Shown here: piece by piece, positions 1 to 10,699 of the stretch
Numbering within the stretch: position 1 is the first letter of the stretch
Layout of the letters: every line of letters starts with the position of its first letter
From: an uncultured Phycisphaerales bacterium
Lineage (GTDB): Bacteria > Planctomycetota > Phycisphaerae > Sedimentisphaerales > Anaerobacaceae
Length of the DNA: 64,000 nt
Direction: 5' to 3'
NCBI GenBank assembly: GCA_963772725.1
Contig: CAVYYI010000001.1
Location: 448,001-512,000 of the forward strand
The notes under the pieces: generated by a model
Seen by the model: the letters and a program-made list of their open reading frames with translations, nothing else
What the model was told of the DNA's origin: nothing
Databases searched by the model: none
Translations under genes and position numbers: made by a program

Positions 1-37
1 GTTCATTCGTGGTTAAATCAGTTGAATTGTGGTTATT

Positions 38-1504
38 ATGGTTGATATTGATTACAAAGTCATAGTAGGTTTGGAGATTCACGTTCAGTTGCGGACAAAA
101 AGCAAAATGTTCTGCGGCTGTGAGCTGGAATTTGCCGCTGAACCCAACAGTCGCGTATGTCCCGTCTGTCTCGGTATGCCCGGCTCGCTGCCGGTGATGA
201 ACAGGCAAGCCGTCGAATATGCCGCTCTGGCAGCGATGGCTCTCAACTGCAAGGTGGCCGCTTTTACAAAATGGGACAGAAAAAGTTATTATTATCCTGA
301 CCTGCCCAAAAATTATCAGATAAGCCAGTATGATTTGCCTTTGGCGGAAAACGGCTTTATCGAAATACCTCTTGATTCAGGTCAAACCAAAAAAATCGGC
401 ATTATAAGAGCGCACCTCGAAGAGGACGCCGGCAAAAATCTTCACTCAGCGGGCAATTTTTCGCAGGTCGATTTGAACCGTGCCGGTACACCATTGCTCG
501 AAATCGTCACGAAACCTGATATGAACAGTGCCGCCGAAGTGCGCGCACTTGCGATTGAACTGCAAAAAATTGTGCGGTACCTCGGCGTTTCCGAAGCGGA
601 TATGCAGAAAGGCCACATGCGTTTTGAGCCTAACATCAATCTGGTCATAACCAAAGACGGCAAACAATATAAAACGCCTATTGTCGAGGTAAAGAACCTT
701 AACAGTTTCCGCGCTCTTGAAAGAAGCGTTGAATATGAAGTGCAGCGGCAGCTCAGCGACTTTATCGAAACCGGCAAAACCCTCGAACTTGGAAACAAAA
801 GCACTCGCGGCTGGGATGACGTCAATCAGGTTACTGTCCTGCAGCGGGAAAAGGAAGAAGCCCACGATTACAGGTATTTCCCCGACCCAGACCTTGTTCC
901 GGTCAAAACAAATGAACAATGGCTGAACTCTATTCGCGAAAAACTCTGTGAACTGCCCCTGCAAAAACAACTGCGATATGTCACCGACTATAAATTAAGC
1001 GACTATGATGCAGGCGTTCTCACCATCGAACGCCAAACCGCTGAATTTTTTGAACGTGCGGTCGAACTCGGCGGCGACCCGAAACGCCTCTGCAATATTA
1101 TTACTCAGGATATGTTGAAACTGGCAAACGAGAAAAATTGCAGCGTTACAGAATTAGGCATCACCCCGGAACAACTGGCGGAATTGTCGAAAATGATAAC
1201 AATAGGTAAAGTAAGTTCTACCGCTGCAACATCCATAACCGGCATAATGGTGTTGTCGCCTGGGCAGAGCCCTGAGCAGATAGCTCTTGAACATGATTTA
1301 TTGCAAAAAAGCGACGCCGGCGAATTGGAAACATTGGTTGACCAGGTTCTATCTGAGAATCCGCAAGCGGTTGAAGATATCAAAAACAATACCAAGAAAA
1401 GCCAAAAGGCCCGAATGTTTCTGCTTGGTCAGGTTATGCAAAAAACCAAAGGCAGGGCCAATCCAAAAGTTGTTGCTGAACTTTTTGATAAAAAACTCAG
1501 TTAA
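38..1504 (+). CDS. gatB: Asp-tRNA(Asn)/Glu-tRNA(Gln) amidotransferase subunit B
   Basis: VGLEIHVQL, CPVCLGMPGSLP, YYYPDLPKNYQISQ, HLEEDAGK, DYRYFPDPDL motifs; ATG at 38 (GTG at 29 is an alternative). Confidence 0.97.
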   Translation: MVDIDYKVIVGLEIHVQLRTKSKMFCGCELEFAAEPNSRVCPVCLGMPGSLPVMNRQAVEYAALAAMALNCKVAAFTKWDRKSYYYPDLPKNYQISQYDLPLAENGFIEIPLDSGQTKKIGIIRAHLEEDAGKNLHSAGNFSQVDLNRAGTPLLEIVTKPDMNSAAEVRALAIELQKIVRYLGVSEADMQKGHMRFEPNINLVITKDGKQYKTPIVEVKNLNSFRALERSVEYEVQRQLSDFIETGKTLELGNKSTRGWDDVNQVTVLQREKEEAHDYRYFPDPDLVPVKTNEQWLNSIREKLCELPLQKQLRYVTDYKLSDYDAGVLTIERQTAEFFERAVELGGDPKRLCNIITQDMLKLANEKNCSVTELGITPEQLAELSKMITIGKVSSTAATSITGIMVLSPGQSPEQIALEHDLLQKSDAGELETLVDQVLSENPQAVEDIKNNTKKSQKARMFLLGQVMQKTKGRANPKVVAELFDKKLS

Positions 1505-1521
1505 TTTTATGCGGGAAAAAT

Positions 1522-2205
1522 ATGGCCAGGGGAACTGTACTTGTCGTTGATGATGAAGAAGATATAAGGGAGCTAATCGGGTTTCATCTCGGCAAAGAGG
1601 GATACCAGCTTCTTTTTGCCGAGAGCGGAGAAAAAGCTCTGGATGTAGCACAGGCCAAAATCCCCAGCCTCGTGATTCTCGATTTAATGCTGCCAGGTGT
1701 TGACGGCCTCGAAGTCTGTAAAAAACTAAAAGGCATTCCAAAAACCGAGCATATTCCTGTAATAATGCTTACCGCGAAAAGCGAAGAGGCGGATATTGTT
1801 ACGGGCCTGGAACTTGGGGCCGACGATTATGTTACCAAGCCTTTCAGCCCTAAAGTACTTGTCGCGAGGGTCCGGCGGCTTTTGCAGCGAAGCGTCGCCC
1901 GTGATTCGGATAAAGCCCCCGTTAAAGTTCACGAATTAACCATACACCCCGCCCGCCGGGAGGTTCTGATTAAAAACAAATCTGTTGAGCTTACTTTTAC
2001 GGAATTCAACATTCTTTATACACTGGCGAAAAGGCCTGGTATGGTCTTTTCCCGCTATCAGATTGTTGATTCCATTCACGGCGATGATTATTTAGTTACC
2101 GACCGGGCAATCGATGTTCAGATAGTTTCTCTGCGAAAAAAATTAGGCTCCTGCGGCAAACACATTGAGACAGTTCGCGGTGTTGGATATAGATTTAAGG
2201 ATTAA
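1522..2205 (+). CDS. phoB: OmpR/PhoB-family response regulator (phosphate regulon)
   Basis: VVDDE, LDLMLP, GADDYVTKPF, ETVRGVGYRF; adjacent to histidine kinase and pst genes. Confidence 0.9.
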   Translation: MARGTVLVVDDEEDIRELIGFHLGKEGYQLLFAESGEKALDVAQAKIPSLVILDLMLPGVDGLEVCKKLKGIPKTEHIPVIMLTAKSEEADIVTGLELGADDYVTKPFSPKVLVARVRRLLQRSVARDSDKAPVKVHELTIHPARREVLIKNKSVELTFTEFNILYTLAKRPGMVFSRYQIVDSIHGDDYLVTDRAIDVQIVSLRKKLGSCGKHIETVRGVGYRFKD

Positions 2206-2207
2206 CG

Positions 2208-3484
2208 ATGGCTCAAAAACGCCTGTTATGGCATCTTTATCCTTCATTTTTAGTCATTACCATTGCATCTCTCATGGCAATGACATGGTATGTTTCGCAT
2301 TCCTTTCGCATTTTCTATCACAAGCAACTCGCCGGCGAGCTTGAAGCAAAGACCCGCCTTATTGAGTACCAAATTCTGCCAATAATAAAATCAGGGAATC
2401 CTGGCGAGCTTGACAATTTGTGCAAAAATCTCCGCACAGTTGGACTAACCCGCATAACCGTGATTCTGCCCGATGGCAGGGTCATAGCTGATTCCGATGA
2501 AAACACCGCACAGATGGTAAATCACGGTGATAGGCCGGAATTTAAGGAGGCTATGACAAAGGGCATGGGTACATCGCTTAGATTCAGCGCGACTCTCAAG
2601 AAAAATATGATGTATCTGGCCATCCCGATAAAACAGCAAAATAAAATAATCGCCGTTGTCAGAACTTCAATACCTGTTACGGCGGTCGATGAAGAGCTAA
2701 AACAAATCTACCAGAAGATTATATGGGCAAGTGTACTTATAGCAATTTGTGCTGCCGCCGCAGCTTTGGCAATCTCTAAAAAAATAAGCCGACCGGTAGA
2801 ACAGATGCGGCGTGATTTTGTGGCCAATGTTTCGCACGAGTTAAAAACGCCTGTAACCTCAATCAAGGGGTTTGTTGAGACCCTCTTGGAAGGGGCGTTA
2901 AATGAACCTGAACAGGCGGTTCGCTTTCTCAAAATAATAGCCAAACAATCCGACCGCCTGAATGCCATTATTGATGACCTGCTTACTCTCTCAACACTGG
3001 AAGAAGAGCAGCAGCAAAAAGAAATATCCTTTGAATTATCCGCAATAAAACCGGTTCTCGATGCCGCGGTAGAATTGTCGAGTTTTAAAGCCTCCCCAAA
3101 ACAGATTTTACTAACAGTCAGATGTGAAAGTAACCTCAAATCAAAGATTAACTCCGCATTACTCGAACAGGCCGTTGTGAACCTGATTGATAACGCGGTG
3201 AAATACAGTGAAAATAATAAAGAAGTAATAATAGAAGCCCAAAGAAATGATAAAGAATTAACTATAACTGTCAAAGACCAGGGCTCGGAATTCCACGGGA
3301 GCATTTAGGTCGAATATTTGAAAGATTTTATGTTGTCGATAAGAGCCGCAGCAGAAAACTCGGTGGTACGGGCTTAGGGCTGTCCATAGTCAAACACATT
3401 GCCCATGTACATGGCGGAACAGTCACCGTAGAAAGCCTTCTTGGTAAAGGCAGCACCTTTACTATTCATCTTCCTCAAAATTAA
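2208..3484 (+). CDS. phoR: PhoR-like sensor histidine kinase (frameshift near 3285, probably an assembly error)
   Basis: Two TM helices, RDFVANVSHELKTP H-box, NLIDNAVKY N-box; the shifted frame continues GIPREHLGRIFERFY...GGTGLGLSIVKHI...GKGSTF to TAA at 3482-3484. Confidence 0.88.
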
Positions 3485-3510
3485 ACTGAAAAATTGATTT
3501 TTCTTGTGTT

Positions 3511-3549
3511 TTAACCAAATTTTAACATAATTCTCATACACAGCTAACA
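3511..3549 (+). promoter_or_regulatory. Pho-box-like array upstream of the porin gene
   Basis: Hexamers ttaacc (3511), ttaaca (3522), ctcata (3533), ctaaca (3544) at exact 11-bp period. Confidence 0.75.
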
Positions 3550-3661
3550 ACCCCAGTATAATCTGTCTTTAAACTTTTTTTAAAAATCGTATAGTCGGTA
3601 ACTCAGGAATGGCCTGGGACACGATAATAAATTTGAACAGTTTTGTCATGGAGGTAAAAAA

Positions 3662-4954
3662 ATGAAAAAAAGAATCAGGGGGCTGGTAATCGCAGTGATA
3701 TTTATCTGTCTTGCTGCCGGCGGAGCAAGAGGCGATGAGATGAGCGACCTCAAGCAGCAGTTGGCCGAACAGAATAAAAAGCTGCAGGAACTCCAGCAGA
3801 AGCTCGAAATACTCGAGGCACAGCAGAGTCAGCAGGATAAGGTTATACAGGAAAAGATAGCCAAAGCCGTAGATGAAAAAAAGATAGACAGCATGATACC
3901 GGAAAGCATTAAGTGGATTGAGAACATTAAATTCAGCGGTGATTTCAGATACCGTTACGAGATGATTGATGAAGAAGGCAGTGACAACCGTAATCGCAAC
4001 CGTATTCGCTTTCGCGTTGGTGCAACCGCGAAAGTCAGCGAAGATGTCGACTTAGGTTTCAGGCTCGCGACAGCCGAGGAAGTTTCAACAACCGGCAGCC
4101 ATACCGGCGGTGACCCTGTCTCTACGAATCAATCATTCGACGACGCGTTTAGTAAAAAAAGCATCTGGCTTGACCTGGCATATTTCATCTGGCATCCAAA
4201 GGATATACCCGGCCTCAACGTCATCGGCGGCAAGATGGAAACCCCGTTTTATCGCGTTGGCGGCAACCAGCTTATATTTGACAGTGACCTGACGCCTGAA
4301 GGTATCGCGGTCCAATATACAAAGCCTCTTACTGAACAGGATGAAGTATTTGTAAACGGTGGTGGCTTCTATGTTAACGAGGTCTCAGGTGGTGCAGACA
4401 CGAGCCTTTGGGGTATTCAGGGTGGATTGAAGCATACGTTCGAAAATAAGTCAACTCTTACCGGAGGGGCAAGTTATTACAGCTATGGCAATATCGAAGG
4501 TTCAGGACCTCTTGTCGGCAGCGGATTTCAGGGCAACTCAAATGCCGGTGGTTTGTATGTAAGCGATTATGATATAGCGGAAGTTTTTGGCGAATACGGA
4601 TTCAAATGCGGTCAAACACCGGCGGCTCTTTTTGCGGACTATGCCAAGAATACATCAGCGTCAACTTCTGAGGATACAGGCTGGCTCGTCGGCGGAAAAA
4701 TTGGAAAATGCAAAGACCCCGGCTCATGGGAACTCAGCTATGATTACCGCGACCTTGAAGCGGACGCTGTTCTGGGTGCGTTCAATGATTCCGACTTTAT
4801 CGGCGGCGGAACAAACGGCAAAGGTCATTGTTTTGGTGGCAAATATCAGCTTGCAAAAAACGTGCAGGCAAATCTGACCTACTTCCTTGATGAAAAAGGC
4901 AATGATAACCATAATTATGACCGTTTGATGCTTGACCTGTTGTTCAAATTCTAA
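3662..4954 (+). CDS. Putative outer-membrane porin (phosphate-regulated) with N-terminal coiled coil
   Basis: Signal peptide, Q/E-rich coiled coil, FSGDFRYRYE, RNRIRFRVG, DPVSTNQ, DSDFIGGGTN motifs, C-terminal Phe typical of beta-barrels. Confidence 0.8.
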   Translation: MKKRIRGLVIAVIFICLAAGGARGDEMSDLKQQLAEQNKKLQELQQKLEILEAQQSQQDKVIQEKIAKAVDEKKIDSMIPESIKWIENIKFSGDFRYRYEMIDEEGSDNRNRNRIRFRVGATAKVSEDVDLGFRLATAEEVSTTGSHTGGDPVSTNQSFDDAFSKKSIWLDLAYFIWHPKDIPGLNVIGGKMETPFYRVGGNQLIFDSDLTPEGIAVQYTKPLTEQDEVFVNGGGFYVNEVSGGADTSLWGIQGGLKHTFENKSTLTGGASYYSYGNIEGSGPLVGSGFQGNSNAGGLYVSDYDIAEVFGEYGFKCGQTPAALFADYAKNTSASTSEDTGWLVGGKIGKCKDPGSWELSYDYRDLEADAVLGAFNDSDFIGGGTNGKGHCFGGKYQLAKNVQANLTYFLDEKGNDNHNYDRLMLDLLFKF

Positions 4955-4968
4955 ACGGCTTATAAGTT

Positions 4969-5007
4969 TTAATATAATACTAACATAGGCCTAACAAAAA
5001 ATTAACA
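4969..5007 (+). promoter_or_regulatory. Pho-box-like array upstream of pstS
   Basis: ttaata (4969), ctaaca (4980), ctaaca (4991), ttaaca (5002) at exact 11-bp period; same consensus as 3511-3549. Confidence 0.8.
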
Positions 5008-5043
5008 ATACAGGCGTAAAATAAAATGAAAGGAAGTATAAGT

Positions 5044-6057
5044 ATGAAAAAGACTATTGCGGTTTTATCAATAATGACATTACTTTTGACATTAGTGTCG
5101 GCAACTAAGGCTGAGGATATGCTAAACGGCGCGGGGGCGAGCTTTCCATATCCTATTTATTCAGCCTGGGCAGATGGCTATAACAAAGTTACCGGCATAA
5201 AGCTGAATTACCAGTCGATAGGTTCCGGCGGCGGAATTAAGCAGATTACCGAGCGAACCGTTGATTTTGGAGCATCTGATAAACCGCTTGAGCCAAATGA
5301 ACTGGCCAAGAACAACCTGCTTCAGTTCCCAGCGGTAATAGGTGGAGTAGTACCTGTCGTTAACATTAAAGGCATCGAGTCAGGAAAATTGAAACTCGAT
5401 GGTGAAACTCTTGCTAAAATCTATCTTGGCGAGATTAAAAAGTGGAACGATGCCAAAATCAAAGAACTTAACCCAGCACTTGACCTGCCGGAAAATGAGA
5501 TTACTGTAGTTCACCGCTCTGATGGTTCAGGCACAACCGCCATATTCACAGACTATCTCTGTGGTGTATCGCCTGCCTGGAAGGAAAAAGTCGGAACCGG
5601 CACCAGCGTCAGTTGGCCGGTCGGTATCGGCGGCAAAGGAAACGAAGGTGTGGCTAACTATACTCAGCGTGCCGCCAATTCAATCGGTTATGTGGAATTC
5701 GCTTACGCAAAACAGAATAAGCTGGTGCACGTTCTTTTGAAGAATAAAGCAGGGAATATTGTAGAGCCGAGCTTTGAAACATTTGAAGACGCTGCAGCAA
5801 CGGCTAACTTTGACCCTCAAAGACATTTTTATCTCTGGCTGAACAATGCCACTGGCAAGAATGCTTGGCCCATCGCCGGAGCAACATTTATTCTTTTGGC
5901 CAAGGAAAAAGCTGATTCAAACAAAAAAGTTGTAAAATTTTTCGAGTGGGCGTTCAACAACGGAGACATCAAAGCTAAAGAACTGATTTACGTTCCGCTG
6001 CCAAAATCTCTCAAAGATAAAATACGCGAATATTGGAAATCGAATGGTCTTCAGTAG
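5044..6057 (+). CDS. pstS: Phosphate ABC transporter substrate-binding protein PstS (E. coli-like type)
   Basis: GAGASFPYP, YQSIGSGGGIKQ, VDFGASD, RSDGSGTT, GKGNEGV. Confidence 0.95.
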   Translation: MKKTIAVLSIMTLLLTLVSATKAEDMLNGAGASFPYPIYSAWADGYNKVTGIKLNYQSIGSGGGIKQITERTVDFGASDKPLEPNELAKNNLLQFPAVIGGVVPVVNIKGIESGKLKLDGETLAKIYLGEIKKWNDAKIKELNPALDLPENEITVVHRSDGSGTTAIFTDYLCGVSPAWKEKVGTGTSVSWPVGIGGKGNEGVANYTQRAANSIGYVEFAYAKQNKLVHVLLKNKAGNIVEPSFETFEDAAATANFDPQRHFYLWLNNATGKNAWPIAGATFILLAKEKADSNKKVVKFFEWAFNNGDIKAKELIYVPLPKSLKDKIREYWKSNGLQ

Positions 6058-6090
6058 AACAGCCTGATTAAAAATAAGAAGTTGAAATAT

Positions 6091-6127
6091 ACGGGTCAGG
6101 TATATATGTTATTTATACCTGACCTGT
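6091..6127 (+). terminator. Stem-loop between pstS and pstC (terminator or mRNA-stabilising hairpin)
   Basis: acgggtcaggtata / tatacctgacctgt, 14-bp inverted repeat with one G-U pair. Confidence 0.65.
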
Positions 6128-6172
6128 TTAAGTAATATCATAAATCTAAGACAGTGCAGAAAGGGCGGTTAA

Positions 6173-7114
6173 GTGGCAATATTACGAAAGAAAAACTTTC
6201 TCGACCTGCTTTTTTGCTTTCTTACCGCTGCGGCATCCTTTACGGTTATCATTTTCATAATCGGAATCATACTGGTACTCTTAGGGGAATCTTCGCTTGC
6301 GATTGGCAAATTCGGGGTGATAAATTTTCTGACCTCTACCGCATGGGACCCTGTAAAGGGCATCTTTGGAGCGGCAACCACCATTTATGGTACTTTTGTT
6401 GTTACGGCTCTTGCTATGATTTTCGCAATACCAACAGCCATCGGCATCGCAATATTTGTTACCGAAATTGCGCCTAATTGCATTAAAGGCCCCATCGGTG
6501 CTGCGATAGAGCTGCTGGCCGCTATACCAAGCATTATTTATGGTATGTGGGGGCTGTTTACTCTTGCTCCTATTATGTCGAAATATATTGAGCCGACCCT
6601 CCAAAGTACTTTTGGAAAACTGCCATTTGTCGGCGTATTATTCAGCGGCACTCCGATGGGCATCGATTTATTGACTGCGAGCGTAATTCTCAGTATTATG
6701 ATTATTCCCTTTACGGCCAGCATAGCGAGAGACGCTTTTAATCTTACCCCGCCGGTGGTCAAAGAATCTGCATATGCCATCGGTGCGACAAAATGGGAAG
6801 TAATCAAAAATGTGGTGCTGCCATATTCCAAGATAGGTGTGTTCGGAGGTGTTTCGTTATCTCTTGGCCGGGCGTTGGGCGAGACTATGGCGGTTGCTTT
6901 TGTACTTGGAAACAACCACAAAATCGCCAAATCCCTTTTTGATTCAGCATCTACAATTACAGTGAGCCTTGCAAATGAATTCACAGAGGCTGACAGCGAC
7001 CTCTATCTGTCGTCTCTTTATTATCTTGCGCTCATACTTTTTGTGCTGAGTTTCGTAATACTGGCGATAGCGAAGTTATTTCTTCTAAAAGCGGAGAAAA
7101 AGTATTCACGATGA
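6173..7114 (+). CDS. pstC: Phosphate ABC transporter permease PstC
   Basis: ELLAAIPSIIYGMWG, LGRALGETMAV. Confidence 0.95.
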   Translation: MAILRKKNFLDLLFCFLTAAASFTVIIFIIGIILVLLGESSLAIGKFGVINFLTSTAWDPVKGIFGAATTIYGTFVVTALAMIFAIPTAIGIAIFVTEIAPNCIKGPIGAAIELLAAIPSIIYGMWGLFTLAPIMSKYIEPTLQSTFGKLPFVGVLFSGTPMGIDLLTASVILSIMIIPFTASIARDAFNLTPPVVKESAYAIGATKWEVIKNVVLPYSKIGVFGGVSLSLGRALGETMAVAFVLGNNHKIAKSLFDSASTITVSLANEFTEADSDLYLSSLYYLALILFVLSFVILAIAKLFLLKAEKKYSR

Positions 7115-7953
7115 ATATCGAGAAAAGAAGAAAGATCGAGAGTTTTACGGCACTTACACTGAGCGGTTTAGCTGCCGCGATAGGTCTTTTCTGGCTTGTC
7201 TATATACTGGCTGACGTTCTTATCCATGGTCTGGGCGCACTGCATATCAGTCTGTTTTTAAAAGACCCCGCGCCGGCAGGTCAAGAAGGCGGAGGACTCA
7301 GAAACGCTTTTGTCGGGCAATTGATGATTACCTTAACCGCTTCTTTGATAGGAATTCCAATCGGTGTTATGGGAGGGACATTCCTCGCAGAGTATGCGCG
7401 GGGGAAAAAGATCGCACGAGTTATCAGCGTTCTTTCCGATATAATGGTCAGCGTACCCTCTATTGTAATCGGCGCTTTTGTTTATGCGTTGCTCGTCAGG
7501 CCGTTACAGCATTTCAGCGGGTGGGCCGGAGCGATCGCACTTGCTATTATAATGATTCCTGTGGTACTCAGAACAACCGAGGATATGCTATCCCTTGTTC
7601 CCTGGACTTTGAGAGAAGCGGCCTTTGCGCTTGGAGCGCCTTATTATAAAGTCATTATCCAGATTGTGTATCGCGGGGCGGCATCCGGTATTTTAACCGG
7701 CATTCTCCTGTCGATAGCCCGTGTTGCCGGTGAAACCGCACCGCTTCTTTTTACGTCGTTTAATAACAATTTTTTCTCGTGGGATATGAACAGACCGGTC
7801 GCGTCGCTGACGGTAAGTATTTTTCAGTACGCGATGGGGCCTTATCAAAGCTGGCATCTGCAGGCCTGGGGTGCGGCGTTTGTTATAACAATTTTCATAC
7901 TCATTCTTACCATTGCCGGAAGAGCCATATTAAAGTGGAGATATAAACTGTGA
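7111..7953 (+). CDS. pstA: Phosphate ABC transporter permease PstA
   Basis: [35 protein letters not shown]. Confidence 0.95.
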   Translation: MNIEKRRKIESFTALTLSGLAAAIGLFWLVYILADVLIHGLGALHISLFLKDPAPAGQEGGGLRNAFVGQLMITLTASLIGIPIGVMGGTFLAEYARGKKIARVISVLSDIMVSVPSIVIGAFVYALLVRPLQHFSGWAGAIALAIIMIPVVLRTTEDMLSLVPWTLREAAFALGAPYYKVIIQIVYRGAASGILTGILLSIARVAGETAPLLFTSFNNNFFSWDMNRPVASLTVSIFQYAMGPYQSWHLQAWGAAFVITIFILILTIAGRAILKWRYKL

Positions 7954-8714
7954 AGATGACAATCGAAATTGAGGCCAAAAACCTGCACTTTTACTATAAC
8001 GGGAATGTTCACGCCCTGCGAAACATATCGCTGCCAATTTATAAGAATAAGGTAACCGCACTGATAGGCCCATCTGGTTGCGGTAAAACAACGCTCCTTC
8101 GCTGTTTTAACCGGATGCACGATTTATATCCTAAACATCGCTACGTGGGGGACATTATTTTTAAGGGGAAAAACATACTGGCAGGCGATGTTGACCTTAT
8201 TCATCTTCGCAGTCTTATTGGAATGGTGTTTCAGAAGCCGACGCCCTTTCCAATGAGCATCACGGAAAATATCGCTTATGGTTTAAGGTTAAAAGGCGTG
8301 AAGGGTAAATCGGAGCTTACCGGTCGCATCGAGGAGTCGCTCAAACACGCCGCTCTTTGGGATGAAGTTAAAGATAAAATGGACGAAAGCGCATACCAGT
8401 TGTCCGGCGGCCAGCAGCAACGGCTCGTAATCGCGAGAGCATTGGCGGTTGAGCCTGAGATTCTTCTTTTCGACGAACCCACGTCCGCTCTCGATCCGAT
8501 ATCAACAGGCAAGATTGAGGACCTCTTAGTGCATCTGAAGGAAGAAGTTACCATCATCATTGTAACCCATAACATGCAGCAGGCGGCGAGAGTTTCGGAT
8601 ATGACGGGCTTTTTATACCTGGGGGAACTTATAGAATCCGGGGTCACCGAAAAGATATTCACCAACCCGGATGTAAAACAGACAGAAGACTATATAACAG
8701 GGAGATTCGGATAA
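7950..8714 (+). CDS. pstB: Phosphate ABC transporter ATPase PstB (all motifs canonical)
   Basis: [46 protein letters not shown]. Confidence 0.96.
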   Translation: MKMTIEIEAKNLHFYYNGNVHALRNISLPIYKNKVTALIGPSGCGKTTLLRCFNRMHDLYPKHRYVGDIIFKGKNILAGDVDLIHLRSLIGMVFQKPTPFPMSITENIAYGLRLKGVKGKSELTGRIEESLKHAALWDEVKDKMDESAYQLSGGQQQRLVIARALAVEPEILLFDEPTSALDPISTGKIEDLLVHLKEEVTIIIVTHNMQQAARVSDMTGFLYLGELIESGVTEKIFTNPDVKQTEDYITGRFG

Positions 8715-8715
8715 T

Positions 8716-9063
8716 ATGATAAAGCAGAATAAAAAAATATGGAAGATTCGCACGGTCAAAACCTACCCAGAGGCTCATAATCATATAATTATAGGTCAGG
8801 TTCTGGATACAACAGAGTCATGTATTCGCATGGATTGCAAAACGTACCATTTTGGCAAAGCCGTCAACAGCGAAAAAGATATTTGCTCAGGTTCCAGAAT
8901 GGTTCGTATAATCCCGTGGTGCAGAGTGGAAATAATAAATGAACTTTCAGACTCTTTCGATTATATAAATGCTCAGGTCTCGGCGGATAAAAATGGTATT
9001 ATAAATATAAGGGATAGCCAGTCTGTTTATAGTCTGGTCTCTCATGTCGGGAAAAAATATTAA
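8716..9063 (+). CDS. Hypothetical protein inside the pst operon
   Basis: 115-aa ORF tightly packed between pstB and phoU on the same strand. Confidence 0.7.
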   Translation: MIKQNKKIWKIRTVKTYPEAHNHIIIGQVLDTTESCIRMDCKTYHFGKAVNSEKDICSGSRMVRIIPWCRVEIINELSDSFDYINAQVSADKNGIINIRDSQSVYSLVSHVGKKY

Positions 9064-9080
9064 ATGAACAGGGGATAAAT

Positions 9081-9749
9081 ATGCCGCAACACTTACAAAG
9101 AGAAATAGAATTGCTAAAGAAAAGAATACTCAACCTCAGCGCTCGGGTAGAAGCCACCGTCCACGACGCCACTCTTGCCATCGAACAAAGGGACGCCGTT
9201 TTGGCTCGCAAGGTTATAGATAATGATTTTGTGATTGACCAGAATGAAGTCGATGTTGAAGAGGATTGTCTCAAGATTCTTGCTTTGCATCAGCCGGTTG
9301 CGATAGACCTGCGTTTCATTATCGCGGTGTTAAAAATAAACAATGACCTTGAGCGAATTGGCGATTTGGCGGTCAATATCGCTGAACGCGCAGAATTTCT
9401 TGCCAGCCAGCCTAAACCTGGTATATCGTTCGATTTTTTCGGGATGGCGCATACCGCAGAATCGATGCTAAAGAAAAGTATTGATGCCCTGGTAAACCTA
9501 AGTGTTGGCCTTGCCCGGGAAGTGTGCGCAAGCGATGATACCATTGATGCCATGAATCGCGAGATGTATTTGAAAGTGCAAAACTCAATCCTCGCCCATC
9601 CTGAGCAGATAGCCTCCCTGATTCACATGCTTTCTGTATCCCGTCATTTGGAGCGGATTGCCGACCACGCCACAAACATTGCGGAAGACGTTATTTATAT
9701 GATTGAAGGGGAGATTGTCCGCCACAGAACCGAGGACTATAAGTCCTAA
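9081..9749 (+). CDS. phoU: Phosphate signalling protein PhoU
   Basis: HQPVAIDLR, DLERIGDLA, LERIADHATNIAE. Confidence 0.96.
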   Translation: MPQHLQREIELLKKRILNLSARVEATVHDATLAIEQRDAVLARKVIDNDFVIDQNEVDVEEDCLKILALHQPVAIDLRFIIAVLKINNDLERIGDLAVNIAERAEFLASQPKPGISFDFFGMAHTAESMLKKSIDALVNLSVGLAREVCASDDTIDAMNREMYLKVQNSILAHPEQIASLIHMLSVSRHLERIADHATNIAEDVIYMIEGEIVRHRTEDYKS

Positions 9750-9820
9750 AAACCTATGATTTGATGCCCCCGATAAATTTTCTTGCAAAGAAAATTTTGT
9801 CCTGTTAGAATTCTTCAACT

Positions 9821-10699
9821 ATGAGCATAAAGATATTGTTGACAGCCTTACTTACTTTCGCAGTCGCCGGCTGCAAAGAAAATATTGACCCCAATGAACC
9901 CGTTGGTTTCCTGCAAATCAAGGGGTCTGATACCATTGTTAATGCTGCGCAGATGATAAGCGAAGAATTTATGAAGGACTATCATCATGTTTTTGTCGCT
10001 GTAACCGGCGGAGGCAGCGGTGTCGGCATTGCCTCGCTGATAAATAAAACGTGTAATGTTGCTACAGCGTCACGTGAGATGAAGCCAAAAGAAATACAGA
10101 TGGCTGAAAAAAGAGGTGTTTTCCCAAAAGAATTTATCGTTGCTTATGATGGCATCGCCGTCATCGTCAATAAAGATAATCCGATTGATAAGCTGACAAT
10201 CGAGGATTTGCACAAAATTTATACGGGACACGCCAAGAACTGGAAGGAATTTGGCGGAAAAGACCTGACTATTGTAACATTATCCAGAGAAGTAAGTTCA
10301 GGCACACACATATACTTCAAGGAAGAAGTCGTCCAACTTGGCAAAAAAGACAATGTCGAAGAATTTTCGTCTCAAACGCTTTTACTTTCCTCATCCCAGG
10401 CGATAGTGGAAGAAGTTGTAAATAACCAGGCCGCCATCGGTTATCTCGGAATGGGTTACATTTCTGAAAGAACAAAAACATTGAAGATTGCCAGGAATGG
10501 TCAATATTATCCTGTTGATATTGATAGCGTCCTTAAAAGGACATATCCTCTTGCACGGCCGTTATGTTTTTATACCGATGGTGAACCGCACGGTATAACA
10601 AAGCTGTTCATGGATTTTACTTTCAGCCCGAAAGGGCAGATGCAATTTGAAAAAAGTGGTTTCGTCCCATTGGAAAAAGATGTTGTCAAAAAAAATTAA
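9821..10699 (+). CDS. pstS: Second PstS (lipoprotein type)
   Basis: Lipobox VAGC, IKGSDT, GGGSGVGIA, SRE..SGT, YPLARPL. Confidence 0.92.
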   Translation: MSIKILLTALLTFAVAGCKENIDPNEPVGFLQIKGSDTIVNAAQMISEEFMKDYHHVFVAVTGGGSGVGIASLINKTCNVATASREMKPKEIQMAEKRGVFPKEFIVAYDGIAVIVNKDNPIDKLTIEDLHKIYTGHAKNWKEFGGKDLTIVTLSREVSSGTHIYFKEEVVQLGKKDNVEEFSSQTLLLSSSQAIVEEVVNNQAAIGYLGMGYISERTKTLKIARNGQYYPVDIDSVLKRTYPLARPLCFYTDGEPHGITKLFMDFTFSPKGQMQFEKSGFVPLEKDVVKKN

